Below, in pieces: positions 10,267 to 17,905 of a stretch of DNA of 32,000 nucleotides (position 1 is the stretch's first letter; the number at the start of each line of letters is the position of its first letter). Both the position numbers and the translations under genes were made by a program. A model generated the notes under the pieces. That model was given only the letters and a program-made list of their open reading frames with translations, had not been told where the DNA came from and made no database searches. This DNA comes from Salmonella phage ST64T, in the sequence record NC_004348.1; one strand, written 5' to 3'.

Positions 10267-10376
10267 TTCAACCTCCATTCGCGAAAGGCTTCTACAGCTT
10301 CGCGATACATTATTTTGTCACCAAGATAAACAGCAATTGCGAATTTAGACTGAATAGCCATAAGTGATTTATCCAT
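10263..10376 (-). CDS. kil: Kil-like protein (37 aa), absent from ORF track
   Basis: MDKSLMAIQSKFAIAVYLGDKIMYREAVEAFREWRLK; aligns by eye with lambda Kil MDQTLMAIQTKFTIATFIGDEKMFREAVDAYKKW. Confidence 0.85.
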   Translation of the reverse strand: MDKSLMAIQSKFAIAVYLGDKIMYREAVEAFREWRLK

Positions 10377-10530
10377 TACACGGCACTCCTGGTTGATTCA
10401 GGATATCGACCAGACGTTTCCATCCGGCCCGTAATTTTCTGGTGATACGCTCTAAAAGTGATTCATTAAGGTGTGCGATACCCATGACGGCACCGCCCGC
10501 GATAGCAAATGTCATCGTGGGATTCTCCAT
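10369..10530 (-). CDS. cIII: CIII, inhibitor of FtsH/HflB proteolysis of CII; absent from ORF track
   Basis: ...MTFAIAGGAVMGIAHLNESLLERITRKLRAGWKRLVDILNQPGVPCNG; amphipathic ESLLERITRKLR-GWKRL core. Start could be 10530 or 10515. Confidence 0.93.
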   Translation of the reverse strand: MENPTMTFAIAGGAVMGIAHLNESLLERITRKLRAGWKRLVDILNQPGVPCNG

Positions 10531-10599
10531 TTTCATTTATTGGCATAGCTAAAACGCCTCGATATGAAGCGCTGTGGATATGCGATAAAACAGCCGCAC

Positions 10600-10914
10600 T
10601 CAGGCGGCGGCTGTTGTTTCTTCTTTCAGGCTTTCGATATATTCACGCGGGTCGTCGTAACACTGGCATTCGCTATACCAATCCACCCAGCGATCCGTAA
10701 GCTCCATTTCTTCCAAATCCTGGTCAGTAAGGCTCTCATCCCACATCTCAAGGCCGTTAGCGTTGCAGTAATCAGGTTTGATGTTGTTGTCATACTGAAA
10801 TGCGTCATAATCAGCCAGTGCATCCATCACTCGCACACCCTCTTCAACACTTGCTACTTCTACAATGAATGGCTTCATAGGAACTTGCGGGATATGCCAG
10901 ACACGTAATTTCAT
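10600..10914 (-). CDS. P22 gp17-like / annotated superinfection-exclusion family protein (tentative)
   Basis: 104 aa; KLRVWHIPQVPMKPFIVEV...LADYDAFQYDNNIKPDYCNANGL. Confidence 0.5.
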   Translation of the reverse strand: MKLRVWHIPQVPMKPFIVEVASVEEGVRVMDALADYDAFQYDNNIKPDYCNANGLEMWDESLTDQDLEEMELTDRWVDWYSECQCYDDPREYIESLKEETTAAA

Positions 10915-11085
10915 ATTTCCTCCAGGTAAAAAGAATGCCGCCCATATAGAGCGGCAAATAACATCAAGGGATGATTTTTCGATTAACCAGAACGAGTCGT
11001 CGTCCTCGCTTGGTTACGAGCGATATTGCTCACATAGCAGACTCGTAAATCTGCTATAGGTGCTTATTCGCTGCCAAAAATACGC

Positions 11086-11640
11086 TTACCCAGTTACTTC
11101 ATCTGCATATTCTTTACTTGTTAACCAATCCGGGCGTTCACCTTTACCAATATAGAAATCGATAATGTCCAGAAGACGTGGATAAAATTTAAGAGCTTTA
11201 CGACCATCCATCTCAGCAATTTCCTGCTTACTATATTTTCTCCATTCCTCAACTGTGTGGTTCTGGCATCCTGCTCGTACATATTCACCGTTCGTTATAC
11301 TTATGAAGTATTTCTCACCCAGAATTACGAAAGTGAGATCAGGCAGGTCGGCATCGCACAGGTTGGCACCGCGCAGGTCGGCACCGCGCAGGTCGGCACC
11401 GCGCAGGTTGGTACCGCACAGGTCGGCACCGCGCAGGTTGGTACCGCACAGGTCGGCACCGCGCAGGTCGGCACCGCGCAGGTCGGCACCGCGCAGGTCG
11501 GCACCGCGCAGGTCGGCACCGCGCAGGTCGGCACCGCGCAGGTTGGTACCGCACAGGTCGGCTCTAGATCCGCTCTCACGCATTGAGGTAATCCACACTT
11601 TGTGTTCTTCAAGAATCTTCGATAAATCTGCTGAATTCAT
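11086..11640 (-). CDS. Pentapeptide-repeat protein
   Basis: A(D/N)LxG pentapeptides; likely start MNSADLSKILEEHKVW at 11640 rather than 11784. Confidence 0.85.
   Translation of the reverse strand: MNSADLSKILEEHKVWITSMRESGSRADLCGTNLRGADLRGADLRGADLRGADLRGADLRGADLCGTNLRGADLCGTNLRGADLRGADLRGANLCDADLPDLTFVILGEKYFISITNGEYVRAGCQNHTVEEWRKYSKQEIAEMDGRKALKFYPRLLDIIDFYIGKGERPDWLTSKEYADEVTG
11349..11565. repeat. 15-bp tandem repeat array (CAGGTCGGCACCGCG and variants) within the pentapeptide gene
   Basis: Directly visible consecutive 15-mers with variants CAGGTTGGTACCGCA. Confidence 0.95.
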
Positions 11641-11723
11641 GTTGTTATTCCTTAAATTTTGGCAATAAAAAAGGCCGCATTGCGACCTGATTAGATATTT
11701 GAAGTGAGATAAAAGAAGACCAA

Positions 11724-11918
11724 CTATGTAGCCTTTAGTTTTTCCAGCTCTCTGGCAATCATTGCCGTGGTTCTGATTGCCCATTTATCGACAATCTTTC
11801 CATCTTCTCTCACCAGAGCCATTTCCTCAGGCTTCACCATGCATTCAGCATCAAGCTTGCAGCCTTTGCATTTCACAAAGCGACTACACCATTGGTTGGT
11901 ATCAATAGTCGTAGTCAT
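11724..11918 (-). CDS. Small Cys-containing phage protein
   Basis: 64 aa, FVKCKGCKLDAECMVKPEE, between N and pentapeptide gene. Confidence 0.6.
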   Translation of the reverse strand: MTTTIDTNQWCSRFVKCKGCKLDAECMVKPEEMALVREDGKIVDKWAIRTTAMIARELEKLKAT

Positions 11919-11996
11919 ATTGGTAGTCCTGGTATTGTTCCATCACATCCTGAGGATGCTCTTCGAACTCTTCAAATTCGTCTTCCATATCTCATC

Positions 11997-12335
11997 TCAA
12001 TCGTAATAAGCCGGAATTGATTTTCCGCGCTGCTTCTGTACGGCGTGTATTTTATTTCCGAGCGGGTTAACGTCCCGGTAGTAAATGCGGTTCTTCTTAA
12101 CCGCTGTTACTTCAACTTTCTTCTGACGCGTTCCGGCAAGCGAAATGGCTTTGGTAACGCGGTCAATTCTTTTGGCTTTGACCTCATGAGAAGCATCAGG
12201 AACATCGCAGCCAAAAATTGAATCGATGATATTGCAGATGGTGTCTCGCTCTATGGCTAGCTTTCTGCGCCGCTCATGACGGCGAGTTTTAGCATTGCCT
12301 GCAAACGTTGACTTCCCGTAGGTGATAACCGTCAT
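11997..12335 (-). CDS. N: N-type transcription antiterminator (P22 gp24-like N-terminus)
   Basis: P22-type arginine-rich motif GNAKTRRHERRRKLAIERD; located downstream of nutL. Confidence 0.93.
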   Translation of the reverse strand: MTVITYGKSTFAGNAKTRRHERRRKLAIERDTICNIIDSIFGCDVPDASHEVKAKRIDRVTKAISLAGTRQKKVEVTAVKKNRIYYRDVNPLGNKIHAVQKQRGKSIPAYYD

Positions 12336-12679
12336 GATTTATCCCTAAAGATATTTTATTGATTGAAGTTAAAAGAAAGACGACGTACCAGGAGTGGTGC
12401 CCGGTAAAATGGTTTATCTAAAAACGAATATTTGTGAAACCAAACACGACCTCGCTCGTCTCCATTTCTGTTGCCTTCAGGGCGACGCTTTAAGGTGAAA
12501 TGAATAATTGTTTTTGTAGTGGTTTTTGGCTTACGCATCTGTTTACCCTCATGTGAAATGGCTTTGGTGTTACAGATAGCCAGGCGACTAACCCTGACAG
12601 CGTACTCATTGCCGAGCGCCTCCGCCGAAGAGGTTGGCTTCTACCTGCAACCCAAACCCATCTCGTTTGGTATTTGTTC

Positions 12680-12714
12680 GCGCTTTGTCAGCGCATCATC
12701 GAAGTTAAAGAGCG
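12680..12714 (-). promoter_or_regulatory. nutL: nutL (boxA and boxB)
   Basis: Minus strand: boxA CGCTCTTTAA (12705-12714) and boxB GCGCTGACAAAGCGC (12680-12694). Confidence 0.93.
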
Positions 12715-12755
12715 TTGCCTTTCCGTTTGGCTACCAGCGTCCTGCTGATGGCTAA

Positions 12756-12784
12756 ACAATACAAAATGTACTTAATATCGTCAA
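12756..12784 (-). promoter_or_regulatory. PL: PL promoter
   Basis: Minus strand: TTGACG - 17 bp - TATTGT, spacer overlaps a candidate operator; followed by nutL. Confidence 0.75.
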
Positions 12785-12827
12785 TACAAAATGTACTTAA
12801 AATTGATAAATAAATACTATGTGTATG
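12758..12827. promoter_or_regulatory. OL: Left operator cluster
   Basis: Sites fitting ANTAC-N5-GTANT: 12758-12772, 12783-12797 (identical 18-mers AATACAAAATGTACTTAA), 12813-12827 (AATAC-TATGT-GTATG). Confidence 0.7.
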
Positions 12828-12855
12828 AAACTGAATGGAAAAAATATTTTGGTAT

Positions 12856-12875
12856 TAAAAAACCCGCATAGGCGG
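12856..12875 (-). terminator. Rho-independent terminator downstream of the repressor
   Basis: Minus strand CCCGCCTATGCGGGTTTTTT. Confidence 0.85.
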
Positions 12876-12892
12876 GCTAGGGGAGGGAATTG

Positions 12893-13555
12893 TTAGAGGC
12901 CTTGCCATTTTGCTTCAATGACAACACCGATAATGCGGCAATTTCCGTTTATGGGGATCATGTGATAGCTGGGGTTTAACGGTTTAAGATATTTCTGTCC
13001 AGCGTCAACAATATATTTCTTGAAGGTTGCCTCATTTTCAGACTCAAGCTTTGCCACCACGAGTCTTCCATTAGTCGGTTCGATAGCCGGATCAACAAGA
13101 ATTTGCATTCCTTCCGGTATGCTTAATCCTGTAGGAGATGTCATAGAGTCGCCACGAACGGTTAGCCAGAATGACCTTTCGCTTGCATGTGCAGTTGTCT
13201 CAGGCCACACCTCTATTTCTCGGAGTTGGTAAGGTTCAACAGCCTCACACCAGTTACCTGCGCTCACCCAGCTAATCAGGGGAAATCTCCTTATTTCTGT
13301 GTGTGGACGAGGACTTGAAACATTGCTCAGGCTGGAGTCTGGATAATCAACCATCCCATCAGAGCTTAATACAAGCTCCTTCAATCCTAGCTGTTTCATG
13401 ATCGCTGCAATATCTTCAATACTTGGTTCGCGGCGGCCATTAAGCCAATGACCTATCGCCCCCTGAGTCTTACCGAGGGCTTCAGCAAGTTTATCCTGGG
13501 TTAGGCCTATTTGTTTCATTCTGGCTTTCGCCAGCTCATTCCACGGTGTTTTCAT
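12893..13555 (-). CDS. Prophage repressor, N-terminal HTH and C-terminal S24/LexA-type autoproteolysis domain (P22 c2-like C-terminus)
   Basis: FPLISWVSAGNWCEAVEPY (Ala-Gly), GDSMTSP catalytic Ser, VVAKLE catalytic Lys; likely start MKTPWNELAKARMKQ at 13555. Confidence 0.93.
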   Translation of the reverse strand: MKTPWNELAKARMKQIGLTQDKLAEALGKTQGAIGHWLNGRREPSIEDIAAIMKQLGLKELVLSSDGMVDYPDSSLSNVSSPRPHTEIRRFPLISWVSAGNWCEAVEPYQLREIEVWPETTAHASERSFWLTVRGDSMTSPTGLSIPEGMQILVDPAIEPTNGRLVVAKLESENEATFKKYIVDAGQKYLKPLNPSYHMIPINGNCRIIGVVIEAKWQGL

Positions 13556-13564
13556 GCGCAGATT

Positions 13565-13639
13565 ATTACGAGATGTATTGACTGTGACAACACACATATT
13601 GTATTAATTACCTTGCTTTTATTTAGTACGAAATGTATT
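13565..13639. promoter_or_regulatory. OR: Right operator cluster
   Basis: ATTAC-GAGAT-GTATT 13565-13579; CACAC-ATATT-GTATT 13591-13605; AGTAC-GAAAT-GTATT 13625-13639. Confidence 0.65.
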
Positions 13640-13641
13640 AT
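13613..13641 (+). promoter_or_regulatory. PR: PR promoter
   Basis: TTGCTT - 17 bp - TATTAT, overlapping the operator at 13625-13639, upstream of cro. Confidence 0.65.
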
Positions 13642-13673
13642 TGAGTTACGTACCATCCTGAGGAGATATACCG

Positions 13674-13889
13674 ATGAGCAATCTTCGGAAAATCCGGGAA
13701 ACCATGAAGGTATCCCAGGCCGTTCTGGCCGAAAAGGTTGGGTGTACTCAGGGAGCAATTGGTCATTACGAATCAGGGCGACGCCATCCGGATTTGAGAA
13801 TGTGCCGCCAGCTCGTAGAGGCGCTCAACAGTTTTGGCGCGAATGTTCAGCTAGACGATGTGTTCCCACCTGAACTTAATGCTGCCTAA
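13674..13889 (+). CDS. cro: Cro-like HTH regulator
   Basis: 71 aa, HTH ...VSQAVLAEKVGCTQGAIGHYESGRRHP; divergent from repressor. Confidence 0.88.
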   Translation: MSNLRKIRETMKVSQAVLAEKVGCTQGAIGHYESGRRHPDLRMCRQLVEALNSFGANVQLDDVFPPELNAA

Positions 13890-13896
13890 GTAGTAC

Positions 13897-13931
13897 CGCT
13901 CTTTACCAATCTGAACCGCCGACAACGCGGT
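13897..13931 (+). promoter_or_regulatory. nutR: nutR (boxA and boxB)
   Basis: boxA CGCTCTTTA 13897-13905; boxB ACCGCCGACAACGCGGT 13915-13931, P22-type right boxB. Confidence 0.93.
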
Positions 13932-13987
13932 AAATCTATCCAACGGATTTGCGTGTATTTGCGAATCCAACTCTATCTAATTTCTAA

Positions 13988-14025
13988 GGAATATTTTGAA
14001 TGAACGTAGTTGCAACTAAAAGCAA
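13988..14025 (-). promoter_or_regulatory. PRE: CII-activated promoter PRE
   Basis: Minus strand TTGC-TTTTAG-TTGC (plus GCAACTAAAAGCAA, 14012-14025), weak -10 CAAAAT about 13 nt further, overlapping start of cII as in lambda. Confidence 0.7.
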
Positions 14026-14281
14026 GAAGGCGGCTCGCATTGAGTCCACTTTACTCAACAAGTTAGCCATGATGGGCCAGAAGACATTCGCTAAAGCTAT
14101 GGGTGTTCCTGAATACCAGGTAAGCCGATGGAAGAACGGTTTCTTCTCTCAGGTCAGCATGATGCTTGCGGTTCTGGAGTATGGAATCGAAGACGAGGAA
14201 ATGGCAGAGCTCACCAGGCGACTTGCTACCTACCTGACAAAAGAAAAAGCCCCGAAGAACGGCGAATTCTTCGAGGCCTGA
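14000..14281 (+). CDS. cII: CII-like transcription activator (P22 c1)
   Basis: 93 aa, [32 protein letters not shown]... Confidence 0.92.
14240..14278 (-). ncRNA. oop: OOP-like antisense RNA 3' end/terminator
   Basis: Minus strand GCCTCGAAGAATTCGCCGTTCTTCGGGGCTTTTTCTTTT at the cII 3' end; candidate -10 CATAAT at 14318-14313 (minus). Confidence 0.65.
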
Positions 14282-14315
14282 TGTAGAAAGACTGGATCAA
14301 TCCACAGGAGTAATT

Positions 14316-14462
14316 ATGCCAAAACAACTCAGTCCTGACCAGGACAAATTACACAAAAACATACTACGTGATCGGTTCTTATCCAGCTTCAAACAGCCTG
14401 GTCGATTTCGGGCTGAGTTGGAGAAAGTGAAGCTAATACTGAAGAGGAAAGGTCATGAGTAA
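14316..14462 (+). CDS. Small phage protein (48 aa), absent from ORF track
   Basis: [48 protein letters not shown]; AGGAG SD; overlaps O start by 8 nt. Confidence 0.65.
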
Positions 14463-15354
14463 CATATCCAATCTAGCCGAAGCCAGAGAGGCCAGAAGGA
14501 TCCAGAAGCCGCGTACAAATGGCGGCAAGGGGTTTGCCTTGATTCACCGCCAATTCATGGATAGCAAGCTATACAAGGATTCTCAGGCTGTACATCTTTT
14601 CCTGCATCTGATACTGAAAGCCAATCACTCTCCGGCAGTCGTAAATACCGACATTGGTGAGATGTTGGTTGAGCGAGGACAGCTAATTACCGGACGGCCA
14701 AAACTGGTAAGTGAAACATTCATCCCGGATAACAAAGTGAAAAGTTTGCTTCGTTCTTTTGAAGGGAATGGAATGATTTGTATCGAGTCGAAAGGGAGAA
14801 AATTCAGCCTGATAACAGTGTTGAAATATGATGATTTTCAGGCTCCAAATTGTCCAACGGATGTCCAACGGATGTCCAACGCAAACACCAGTAATGACGC
14901 GGCTCACAGCAAATGTTGTCCAACGGATGTCCAACGATTGTCCATAAACAATAATATAAATAATATCTCTAATACTAACGTATTAGAGAGTACCGCAGCA
15001 GACGAAAATCCTGACAAGAAAAAATCGGCTCTCAGTTGTCAGGATGTTGTCGATGCTTACCACGAATTACTTCCTGAAGCTTCCAGGGTTCGCGCACTGA
15101 ATGACAAACGTAAAAACCAGATCCGAACTTTCTGGCGAAAAGCCGGAGTGATAACACGCCAACTTGACGGGCATGGGTTCACGATGCAGGACTGGAGAAA
15201 TTATCTGAGCTACGTAGGCGAAAATTGCCGATGGATGTTCGAAGAGCGCCAAAACCATCAACGCGGAACCGTCTGGCACAAAAAGGGATTTGATTTCCTG
15301 CTTAACGATAATACCTACCTGAAAGTTCGTGAGGGTGAACACGATGACCGATAA
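14455..15354 (+). CDS. Replication initiator (P22 gp18/lambda O-like)
   Basis: 299 aa, position between cII and dnaB-like gene, contains iterons. Confidence 0.88.
14851..14947 (+). repeat. ori: Replication origin iterons (TGTCCAACG, two triplets with 11-bp phasing)
   Basis: 14851, 14862, 14873 and 14917, 14928, 14939 (last degenerate: TGTCCATAA), then A/T-rich AATAATATAAATAATATC. Confidence 0.85.
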
Positions 15355-16780
15355 TTTTTACGCGCCGCCACATAGCATCGAGGCGGAGCAGGCGGTGATT
15401 GGTGGATTGCTTCTGGATGATGACAGCAGTGAGCGCGTCCAGAAAGTTCTGGCGATGCTGAAGCCTGATTCATTTTACAGCCGACCACACAAAATCCTTT
15501 TCGAAGAAATAACCAGAATGCACCGGGAGCAAAAGCCAGTAGATGGCCTGACGCTTTTCGATGAACTGGAGCGTAAATCGTTAACGGTGTCAGTTGGCGG
15601 TTTTGCTTATATCGCTGATATCGCAAAGAACACGCCAAGCGCAGCAAACATCGTTGCCTATGCAATGCAGGTTCGCGAAACCGCAATGGAACGCTACGCC
15701 ATCAACCGCATGACTGAAGCGACGGAATTGCTCTATTCCCGCAACGGAATGACTGCAACGCAGAAGTACGAAGCTATTCAGGCGATTTTCACGCAACTGA
15801 CAGACCATGCAAAAACCGGATCACGTCGCGGCCTTCGCTCATTTGGTGAGGTCATGGAGGACTGGGTTGGTGACCTTGATAAGCGATTTGACCCGTCAGG
15901 CGAACAACGAGGAATGAGCACAGGGATCCCATCGTTGGACAGGATGCTGTCACCTAAAGGTCTGGTAAAAGGCTCTCTGTTCGTCATTGGCGCTCGCCCT
16001 AAGATGGGGAAAACGACGCTATACAGCCAGATGGCAATCAACTGCGCAGTGCATGAGAAAAAACCTGCCCTGATGTTCAGCCTTGAAATGCCAGGCGACC
16101 AGATACTGGAAAAACTGGTAGGGCAAAAGTCAGGTGTTAACCCGAATATTTTTTACCTTCCGGCGACAAATGACGCTGATGACGGCTATCAGGGTGATTA
16201 CGATGGTGACTTCAACAGGGCGATCGAAACAGCCAATCGCTTGAGTGAAATTGACATGCTTTACATCGACGACACGCCGGGATTATCTCTGGCTCAAATC
16301 GTCAGCGAAAGCCGTCGAATCAAGCGAGAAAAAGGATGTATTGGCATGATTCTGGTCGATTACCTGACACTAATGACCGCTGAAAAGGCCGATCGCAACG
16401 ACCTTGCCTACGGCATGATCACCAAAGGACTGAAGAACCTTGCCAAAGAGCTTGATTGCGTTGTTGTGCTTCTGACGCAGCTTAACCGCGCACTGGAAAA
16501 CCGAACCAATAAACGCCCATTACCAAGTGACTCACGAGATACAGGGCAGATTGAACAGGATTGCGATTATTGGGTTGGGATCCATCGTGAAGGTGCTTTT
16601 GATGACAGTGTTCCACCTGGTGAAACCGAACTAATCCTTCGTCTCAATCGTCATGGCAATACCGGCACGGTGTATTGCATTCAGGCAAATGGCGCTATTT
16701 ATGACACAGACCAACAGTCTGCTGAAATGCGCCGCCGTGAACGCGAGGAACCGCAGTCCAAGAAGAAAGGAGGATTCTGA
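15344..16780 (+). CDS. Replicative DNA helicase, DnaB family (P22 gp12-like)
   Basis: SIEAEQAVIGGLLLD, FVIGARPKMGKTTLYSQMA (Walker A), GMILVDYLTLM, RDTGQIEQDCD; start MTDNFYAPP at 15344. Confidence 0.96.
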   Translation: MTDNFYAPPHSIEAEQAVIGGLLLDDDSSERVQKVLAMLKPDSFYSRPHKILFEEITRMHREQKPVDGLTLFDELERKSLTVSVGGFAYIADIAKNTPSAANIVAYAMQVRETAMERYAINRMTEATELLYSRNGMTATQKYEAIQAIFTQLTDHAKTGSRRGLRSFGEVMEDWVGDLDKRFDPSGEQRGMSTGIPSLDRMLSPKGLVKGSLFVIGARPKMGKTTLYSQMAINCAVHEKKPALMFSLEMPGDQILEKLVGQKSGVNPNIFYLPATNDADDGYQGDYDGDFNRAIETANRLSEIDMLYIDDTPGLSLAQIVSESRRIKREKGCIGMILVDYLTLMTAEKADRNDLAYGMITKGLKNLAKELDCVVVLLTQLNRALENRTNKRPLPSDSRDTGQIEQDCDYWVGIHREGAFDDSVPPGETELILRLNRHGNTGTVYCIQANGAIYDTDQQSAEMRRREREEPQSKKKGGF

Positions 16781-16854
16781 TGACCATCTACATCACTGAG
16801 CTAATAACAGGCCTGCTGGTAATCGCAGGTCTTTTTATTTGGGGGAGAGGGTAA
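16780..16854 (+). CDS. 24-aa single-TM micropeptide (candidate)
   Basis: MTIYITELITGLLVIAGLFIWGRG; start overlaps the helicase stop codon, AGGAGG SD. Confidence 0.55.
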   Translation: MTIYITELITGLLVIAGLFIWGRG

Positions 16855-17127
16855 ATGAAGGATTTATTAGTAACGCTAAATGTCGGTTTAAGCCTTCTTG
16901 GTTACGCCTACATTATGTTCAAAACAGGCCAGTGGATTATTACAAATGCACTTAAGCAGTGGGATAAGCGTAGAAAAGTGTCAGCAAAGCAGAAGGCGGT
17001 TGATGCGCTATATGAAGCATACGAACTGGATAAGGTAAGCGAAGGAGATACTGTAAAAGTGGCGACAAAAGAAGGTCTGGTAATCATGATTTGCAGACAT
17101 GAAAAGACTAACACCCCAGCACACTGA
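16855..17127 (+). CDS. Hypothetical protein with N-terminal TM
   Basis: 90 aa ORF in the rightward operon. Confidence 0.6.
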   Translation: MKDLLVTLNVGLSLLGYAYIMFKTGQWIITNALKQWDKRRKVSAKQKAVDALYEAYELDKVSEGDTVKVATKEGLVIMICRHEKTNTPAH

Positions 17128-17136
17128 TGGAGAGGA

Positions 17137-17346
17137 ATGATGAGTACATTGGCTCAATTAATTAATGCCGACCTTGAAGAGTCAGGAGCACGGCATTATC
17201 GCTATTGGAAAGCTTCGGGACTTCCGACTAGAGAGCGATACAAGCGTAGGCCAAAACCAAAGAGCAGCCAGCGAGACAGGGTACTTAAGCGCCTAATGCA
17301 GATAAACATGTCGCAGTTTACTAATTTCACCTGGTTCAAGCGGTGA
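17137..17346 (+). CDS. Small basic phage protein
   Basis: 69 aa, overlaps next ORF. Confidence 0.5.
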   Translation: MMSTLAQLINADLEESGARHYRYWKASGLPTRERYKRRPKPKSSQRDRVLKRLMQINMSQFTNFTWFKR

Positions 17347-17357
17347 TGGAGAGGAAT

Positions 17358-17606
17358 ATGGACGAATCAAGAAAGGCTTTCGAGCAATGGTTCCAGAGCA
17401 AATACAAATGCACTATGGAAACGATGAAGGTTATGCAAATCAAAGTCGAACTTGCTTGGGAGGCATGGCAGGCCAGCCGTGAAGCTATCGAGATAAAGCT
17501 CGATGACAAAGTAATGGTTGAGGATGAGTTCGACAAAGGCCACAACTGCGCAATCGACTATTGCGCTGATGTCATCCGCGCCGCCGGAATCAAAGTGAAG
17601 GAGTGA
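17358..17606 (+). CDS. ea-type hypothetical protein
   Basis: MDESRKAFEQWFQSKY...AWEAWQASREAIE...VIRAAGIKVKE; typical ea22-like C-terminus. Confidence 0.6.
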   Translation: MDESRKAFEQWFQSKYKCTMETMKVMQIKVELAWEAWQASREAIEIKLDDKVMVEDEFDKGHNCAIDYCADVIRAAGIKVKE

Positions 17607-17608
17607 GT

Positions 17609-17905
17609 ATGAGCAAAGTATCAAGAGGAATGAAAATATCGCTTATTTTCATCCTTAATCCGCATCGTATCTTTTTGGCTTCAGCAGTATGGCTGTCAGA
17701 TTTTGTTTATTGGTTAGCAGATAAATTGGATGATTTTGCGAGATGGCTTGAGAGTTTTGCGAATGCGAGGTTTTGGTTATGGCCGCTTATCGGAGAGAGG
17801 ATGTCTGACGAATTAAACCGGTATTACGCGGATAAGCGCAAGGAGAAGAGCAGGAGGGCAAGTGAAGCAATTATTCCTGCTTCGCAACGAAGCAATCAGA
17901 AATAA
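17609..17905 (+). CDS. Hypothetical protein with hydrophobic N-terminal region
   Basis: 99 aa from MSKVSRGMKISLIFILNPH; overlaps ninB start. Confidence 0.5.
   Translation: MSKVSRGMKISLIFILNPHRIFLASAVWLSDFVYWLADKLDDFARWLESFANARFWLWPLIGERMSDELNRYYADKRKEKSRRASEAIIPASQRSNQK

Noticed and set aside
11255-11668. Plus-strand ORFs (137 and 109 aa) and the minus-strand 95/71-aa ORFs (APRRSAPRRS, VGTAQVGTAQ, CAVPTCAVPT)
   Set aside because: They are alternate-frame readings of the 15-bp repeat array; a 15-nt unit without stops gives open frames in all phases. The A(D/N)LxG frame is the biologically sensible one.
12519-12755. 78-aa plus ORF and 60-aa minus ORF (12356-12538) around nutL
   Set aside because: This interval is the PL leader with nutL; coding would conflict with regulatory elements and no motif is visible.
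13949-13962. Second TTGC-N6-TTGC (TTGCGTGTATTTGC) on the plus strand
   Set aside because: Wrong orientation for PRE and located just after nutR boxB, where a boxC-type GTGTATTTG element is expected; more parsimoniously part of nutR/tR1 than a CII site.
14851-14945. Short repeats considered as a CRISPR-like array
   Set aside because: Units are 9 bp with 11-bp phasing and no spacers, located inside the initiator gene; these are origin iterons.
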